From: the human T2T-CHM13v2.0 reference genome, Homo sapiens
Length of the DNA stretch: 64,000 nt
Strand: one strand, 5' to 3'
NCBI RefSeq assembly: GCF_009914755.1
Contig: NC_060929.1
Both the position numbers and the translations under genes were made by a program. Below are positions 58,511-64,000 of the stretch, in pieces; the stretch's first letter is position 1, and the number at the start of each line of letters is the position of its first letter. The notes under the pieces were generated by a model. The model was not told the origin of the DNA. It did not search any database and saw nothing but the letters and a program-made list of their open reading frames with translations.

Positions 58511-60959
58511 CCCTTTGTAGTATTGACAGGCTTTTGGAGAATAATGAAACGCTGAAATGTTTGGCTTGGTTTCCCTCTTGGGTAGAGTCTGCTGCTCAGT
58601 CTTTTCTTCTGCCTCTTTGTATCCTTTAGCTTTTGGGTGGAGGCCCAGAGAGCTCCACAAGGGGTGATGTGTGTTTAAGAAACTCAGCTAAAGGAAACAA
58701 ACTGATTGCAAAGAACTCTGAACCTAGGGTGTTGGGGGAAATGCTGAGCATTGTAATTGGCCTAATGCTGCTCCTGTGAGAGATGCCATCTCCCTAGGCC
58801 TCCAAAGTTCTGGCAGGGATTTTAACTCTTCTCATCCAGCTGATGACAGACAAATATTCATCACTTCAACAGTTAGGTGCAACCCCCAAAATGTTTCCTC
58901 AAGTCCTTCCTCACTGCAAATGCCTACCAGCTCATCTCTGAAGATGGAAAAGCAAGCGTGGTGACATCTGCAAATCTGGACAGTGGGCTTTAGGATTCAT
59001 CTGAAAAGAAAGGCTCTTGGACAGTGCTGGACCTTGCTCCCTGAGCCAGGCTGTGGGTCCAGTGGTGACTCAGGAAGGAATGCCACTGACAAGCCACAGG
59101 CATGCCAGAGAATTACTCAGCACAAGCCAACAAGTAACCTCATACGAGAATCAAACGCCAGCCAATCTGCGAACGCTTTGCGTAACAGCATATTTGGATT
59201 TGGGGCTTAGCTTTCAGGCTTGAGTTTCACGTTTGCCTGAGCATACTCCCAGCCTCCCAGGGCCCCTTCTGTGTGCCCTGCCTCTGATTGCAAGTGCAGA
59301 GAGCAGTTCTCCCAAGAGCCAGGGCTCAGCTCACCCCTGCAGGTAACGCAGACCTCTGCTAGGGATCAGCTGTCTATCATCTGGTGGCGCCCCTCTTTCC
59401 AGCCAGCGCTACATCTTCATATGCCTTTTCTTACCAACAGGTCAGCAATGTGGGTGACAGATACTTCTTTTTGCTGTTGGAACACTTCATATTCATCTCT
59501 GGTATTGTCATGGCCTTTGACATACCTTACCAACAAGAGAGGTTTGTTGACTGATGACAGCAGGTATAACAAAATCTAACTAGTGACAGTTGTAAGAATT
59601 GGCAAAGTATTACTGCATCAACAGGTATGTGGACTGTCTAAGAGCCTCAGAAAGGACAAAGAAAGAAGCTTACAGATTCCGATGCCCCTTACTACTGTAT
59701 CTGGCCTTTCTCCTGCCGGTATAGTGAGAGTTGACAGTTTGATGGATTTAATTTAGGATCTATGTTAGGATGAGATGCACTCTGTTTTCCTAAACAAATT
59801 TGCTGCAGAATGGCAGCCACAGTCTAGGGCCTCCTTGAGCTTGAGGCTAAATGACCTGATGGCCCACCCACTTCATCTATACTGCCTTTAATATGTCAGC
59901 ATTTCCTCAAGGCCTGGGTTTCGTGCACTCAGGGTGATATTGAACATGAAGTTTTCAAACAGCAATACCTTGGGTAACAGACAAGGGCTAGTTAATGATC
60001 TCATTCATAATTCATCCCGTGAAGGAACCATTTACACTCAAACTCCAAGCAGGAAGAAAATATTCCCATTAGGTAGGGCTTTTTAAATGCCTCTGCCTTT
60101 GCCACAGTGCTGAGAGAGAACTGTGGTCTTCAGTAGTAAGGGCATATGGCTGCAAACAGAGTGCCCAGGTTAGAGACACCAAGAGCTGCAGCATCACTCA
60201 GTAATAGCTATTTCAGAGGGATGTAAAGCCTTCCCTGGGAAAAAGTTGAATAGGACTCAGTGCCTAAACACAGCACTTTCAAAAAGAAATGAATCTCTAA
60301 TTAAACATCCTGAAGACAGAAGCTGACATGTCATTGCAGAGCTAATAATAAGACCTCATGAAATGTTCAAAAGTTCTCCAGAGTAAGTGTGAACAATTAC
60401 ATTTCCCTCTCTCCATCAGTGAAGGGTTACCACCAGTTCTTTAAGAAAGAGAAAATGAAGGTTAGTATCTGAAAGTATTATATAATGTGCTTATTACTAT
60501 GCGTGGGTTGAGATATTCTCCAAAAAAAAGTTCCTTTTCCTTCCAGAATTAAAAAGAACCCCTCTAACTTTTGTTAACTGTAGATAGAATCTTTTCTTTT
60601 TTTTTTAAGGAAGAATCCTTACTGCATGTCTAAAACTCGTGGCTGAGAAAAAGTAGAGGATGTCCAGCCTAAGGAGCTATCAGCATTTTTTTGTAGCACT
60701 CGATATAGCTGCAAGCCAAGGTCCTCACGAAAGTGAAAGTTTTCATTCAAAGTTAAAAACATACTACTTGCATTTTACAAGCTCAAGAGTAAAGCACAAT
60801 AATTATCAGTGCTTTATTGGTAGTTCCAAGCCTCCAAAAATGTCAGTAAGTTGAATCTACACTATCTTTGTACAAGAACATAAAACATAGCCTCGTGATA
60901 AAAATTAAAGGAAAGGATAAATTTGGTGAATTCCCTGCATAGTTCATAATAGAGATTAG

Positions 60960-61214
<255 letters not shown>

Positions 61215-61279
61215 GCCCCCAAGTTACAAAGACAATTTTTAAAGGTTTAAGAGGTTTGCTTCAAAGAGCTATTTCTTTT

Positions 61280-61585
61280 CTTTTCTTTCTTTCTTTTCAG
61301 AGACAGGATCTCACTCTGTCACCCAGGCAGGAGTGCAGTTGGTTCGATCATAGCTCCCTGAAGCTTTGAACTCCTGGGCTCAAAGGATCCTTCCGCTTCA
61401 GCCTCCCAAGTGGCTGGGACACTAAGCACACACCATCACACTCGGCTACTTAAAAAACATTTTTTTTTAGAGACAAGGGTCTCACTATGTTGCCCAAGTT
61501 GGTCTCCAACTCCTGGGCTCAAGCAATCCTCCTGCCTCAGCCTCTCCAGTAGGTGGAATTACAGGCATGAGCCACCACACTGGCT
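61280..61585 (-). mobile_element. AluJ
   Basis: Reverse Alu; perfect TSD aaagagctatttctttt. Confidence 0.93.
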
Positions 61586-61676
61586 AAAGAGCTATTTCTT
61601 TTATATAAATTATATGAAGATTGCTAAAAGGTTTTAAGTCACACTACATGTAAAAACCCCTTAGGCTCAAACTCAC

Positions 61677-61840
61677 CAGGAGGATCGTGGAGCTTGGAGC
61701 TAAATAAAGCCCAGGTGCTTTGCCCTCTGCTGCTGACTTCGGGTGCTGGCTGGGAAGGATCTATTTCCAGGAGGGACCCAGCAGAACCTCGGCGTCCCAC
61801 GGCCCTAATAGGCAAATATGAGCCGGCCTCCGCCCCTTAA
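61677..61840 (-). promoter_or_regulatory. Candidate minus-strand promoter and first exon
   Basis: Local CpG enrichment, GC box ctccgcccc (61828-61836), donor CTG|GTGAGT at 61677/61676; start site not definable from sequence. Confidence 0.45.
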
Positions 61841-62249
61841 GGATGGAGCTGCTTAGCTTCGCCACTGCTGCCTGGAGTTCCTTGTCTGAGATAGGCAGGG
61901 CGTGGTGCCCCAGGTCATCTCCCAGGCATGCTTGCCCCACGAGCAGCGCTGTGAGGGTGTACTCAAGGCAATCCAAGTTTCAACGTCATACCATTGTCTT
62001 TAACAAAACCCTGCAAACATGTAGTGACCGAGGCATGATGCATCCTGCCTCTTGCTCTGCTATTTATCTGCTTTTCTTTTTTTAACTTTAACTTGTTCTC
62101 CTCCTATTTATTGGGCAATCACCTAGATTCTAGGAAACAAATATATTTAATTTTTCTAATCTAAAGGTTAATAAGGACTCTATCTTCTCTAGTCAGAGCC
62201 ACAGGATGAACTTTCTCAACCCATCCTCTTTAAGGAAAAGAAGTTGTTG

Positions 62250-62275
62250 GCTGAGTCACGTGAGTGTCTGTTTAC
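62250..62275. promoter_or_regulatory. Composite ARE/AP-1 + E-box + Forkhead motif
   Basis: GCTGAGTCAC overlapping CACGTG, followed by TGTTTAC. Confidence 0.45.
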
Positions 62276-62749
62276 ACACGTCTTATAACAGCATACAGGG
62301 TACATACACAGAGCAGCACACCTCCCCACCAGGAAGGCTGTGCTCCATATTCATGTGTCAAGTGATGTAAAGGTTGCCATGGTTATAATCTCTGTTTAGT
62401 CAATAGTGTGTGTGGGGGGGGGGGGCGGGGAATCACCCCAATGGGCGTATTGCAATTTAGAGGAATCCCTGGGTACTTTTAAAGTATTGAATCACAATTT
62501 ACATTTTAAAAAGTGTTGTCAATGACAGCATATTGGTTGCCATTTCTTGAAAACTCTTCTTTGTAGGAGGACCTTATGTATGCCAAGAACATCGTTTTTG
62601 CCTCCTTAGGTGAAACTTTATTTCCCACATTTAGGATTCATTAGGATTATCTAAGGTAAGTGGCAAGAGGGGAGAAGGATGAAAATCATGAGGGTGAATG
62701 TGGGAAAGGGATGAGGGAAGGTGAGCTTAATTATTTCAAAGATAATAAT

Positions 62750-63048
62750 GAGTGAGGCTCCCAACCCCTGAAATTTGGGAGGCCAAGGTGGGAGGATTGT
62801 TTGAGTCCAGGAGTCTGAGATCAGCTTGGGCAACATAGCGAGACCTGCGTCTACAAAAATTTCTTTTTAAAAATATCAAACAGGCATGGTGGCTCTTTCC
62901 TGTAATCCCAGCTACTCAAGAGACAGAGTAGGAAGGATCCCTTGAGTCCAGAAGTTCAAGGCTGCAGTGAGCTATGATGGCAGTACTGCCCTCCAGCTGG
63001 GGAAACAGAGTGATACCTTGTCTCAAAAAAAAAAAAAAAAAAAAAAAG
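62750..63048 (+). mobile_element. AluJ
   Basis: Diverged Alu with long poly(A). Confidence 0.93.
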
Positions 63049-63129
63049 GAATAAAAATAAAAGTGTCAGTAATTCTTACTCTTCTTCTTGGTCTGCCACC
63101 TTCTTGCCTTGGTGACTTTTGGATCCCCC

Positions 63130-63245
63130 ATCCCTCTGTTTTCTCATCTGTAAAATTGGAAGGATAACAGGGAGTTGCAGGGTCTACTGGGTTGCTCATA
63201 GGCATTTAGAGCACTCGCTGGCATACAGTGAGCACTCTTTAAATG
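63130..63245 (+). mobile_element. MIR fragment
   Basis: gttttctcatctgtaaaattggaaggataac...tggcatacagtgagcactc. Confidence 0.75.
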
Positions 63246-64000
63246 CACCCAATCTTATTCATATTCTAGTCAATACACAAAGAATCTGCTGTGCTTTTGG
63301 ATAGAGAGAAATGCTTCATAACAACACCATCACACATTATTGAAAAGATTTTGGTGTGATTAGGGCCGACTGACATCCAAACTTCCCTCCCACCTTTCTG
63401 GTCATATCTCCTCCTTTTCCCACACTCAGTATCTTTCCTTTATCTACTCTAAGCAGTAACATGATAAGTTATATAAATTATATGAAGATCATTAAAAGGT
63501 TTTAAAGTCACACTACATGTATGACTTCGTATTTGAAAAAGGCTCAAAACAGTAAGTGAAAAAAGTGACAGTTGGTGGAATTTTAGAAGTTGAGGGTGGA
63601 AGGTGTTTCCAAAACCCCTCAAATCACACACCCTAGATGTGGCTGCTTCCTGGATCCACTAGTGAAGCTGACTCTGGCAGGGAGTCACTTGCATTTTTCA
63701 CTAACTGAGGTCCTGCTCTCTCAAATTTCACAATCTAAGGGAGAGAATCTTGATCCAGAGTGATAACAAAACAAGTAATGCAAGCTCAGCGATGTGGGAT
63801 AACTCCCCTGTCCCTGGTATTAGCATGGAGGTGCTGGCCACCCTCTGGTGGAACAAGACCCATTCTTTGGCTTCAGGAACTTCACAGCTTAGTGGAAGGG
63901 ACAAAACACATCAGATAGTGATAAGAAAATGTGTATGAGTAAAAGGAAGAGATAGGTATGTTGACAGAAGACAGCCTGAGGAGTTTAGAGAATAGAAACA

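Overview
Primate (very probably human) non-coding genomic DNA. I find no credible protein-coding gene, RNA gene or CRISPR array. The ORF track is explained by Alu, L1, LTR and simple-repeat sequence or by chance. The window is dominated by interspersed repeats: about 20 Alu/FLAM/FRAM copies, L1PA/L1PB/L1M fragments, MaLR LTRs (THE1, MLT1), hAT/Tigger relics, MIR and L2. It also holds a ~3.8 kb structured (TA)n/TAAA array at 36.5-40.3 kb. Strong minus-strand splice signals suggest a spliced, non-coding 5'-leader or lncRNA running from a GC-box promoter near 61.8 kb through candidate exons at 29.4-29.5 kb and 7.2-7.4 kb towards a promoter-like region at the left edge. The most unusual signals are local DNA-copying events: a 282-bp inverted templated insertion inside a FLAM, an inverted sibling AluJ pair sharing private mutations, a 52-bp dispersed duplication and a TSD-flanked solo poly(A). 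Repeat subfamily names come from remembered consensus sequences and their boundaries are approximate. Nothing here supports a previously undescribed biological system.
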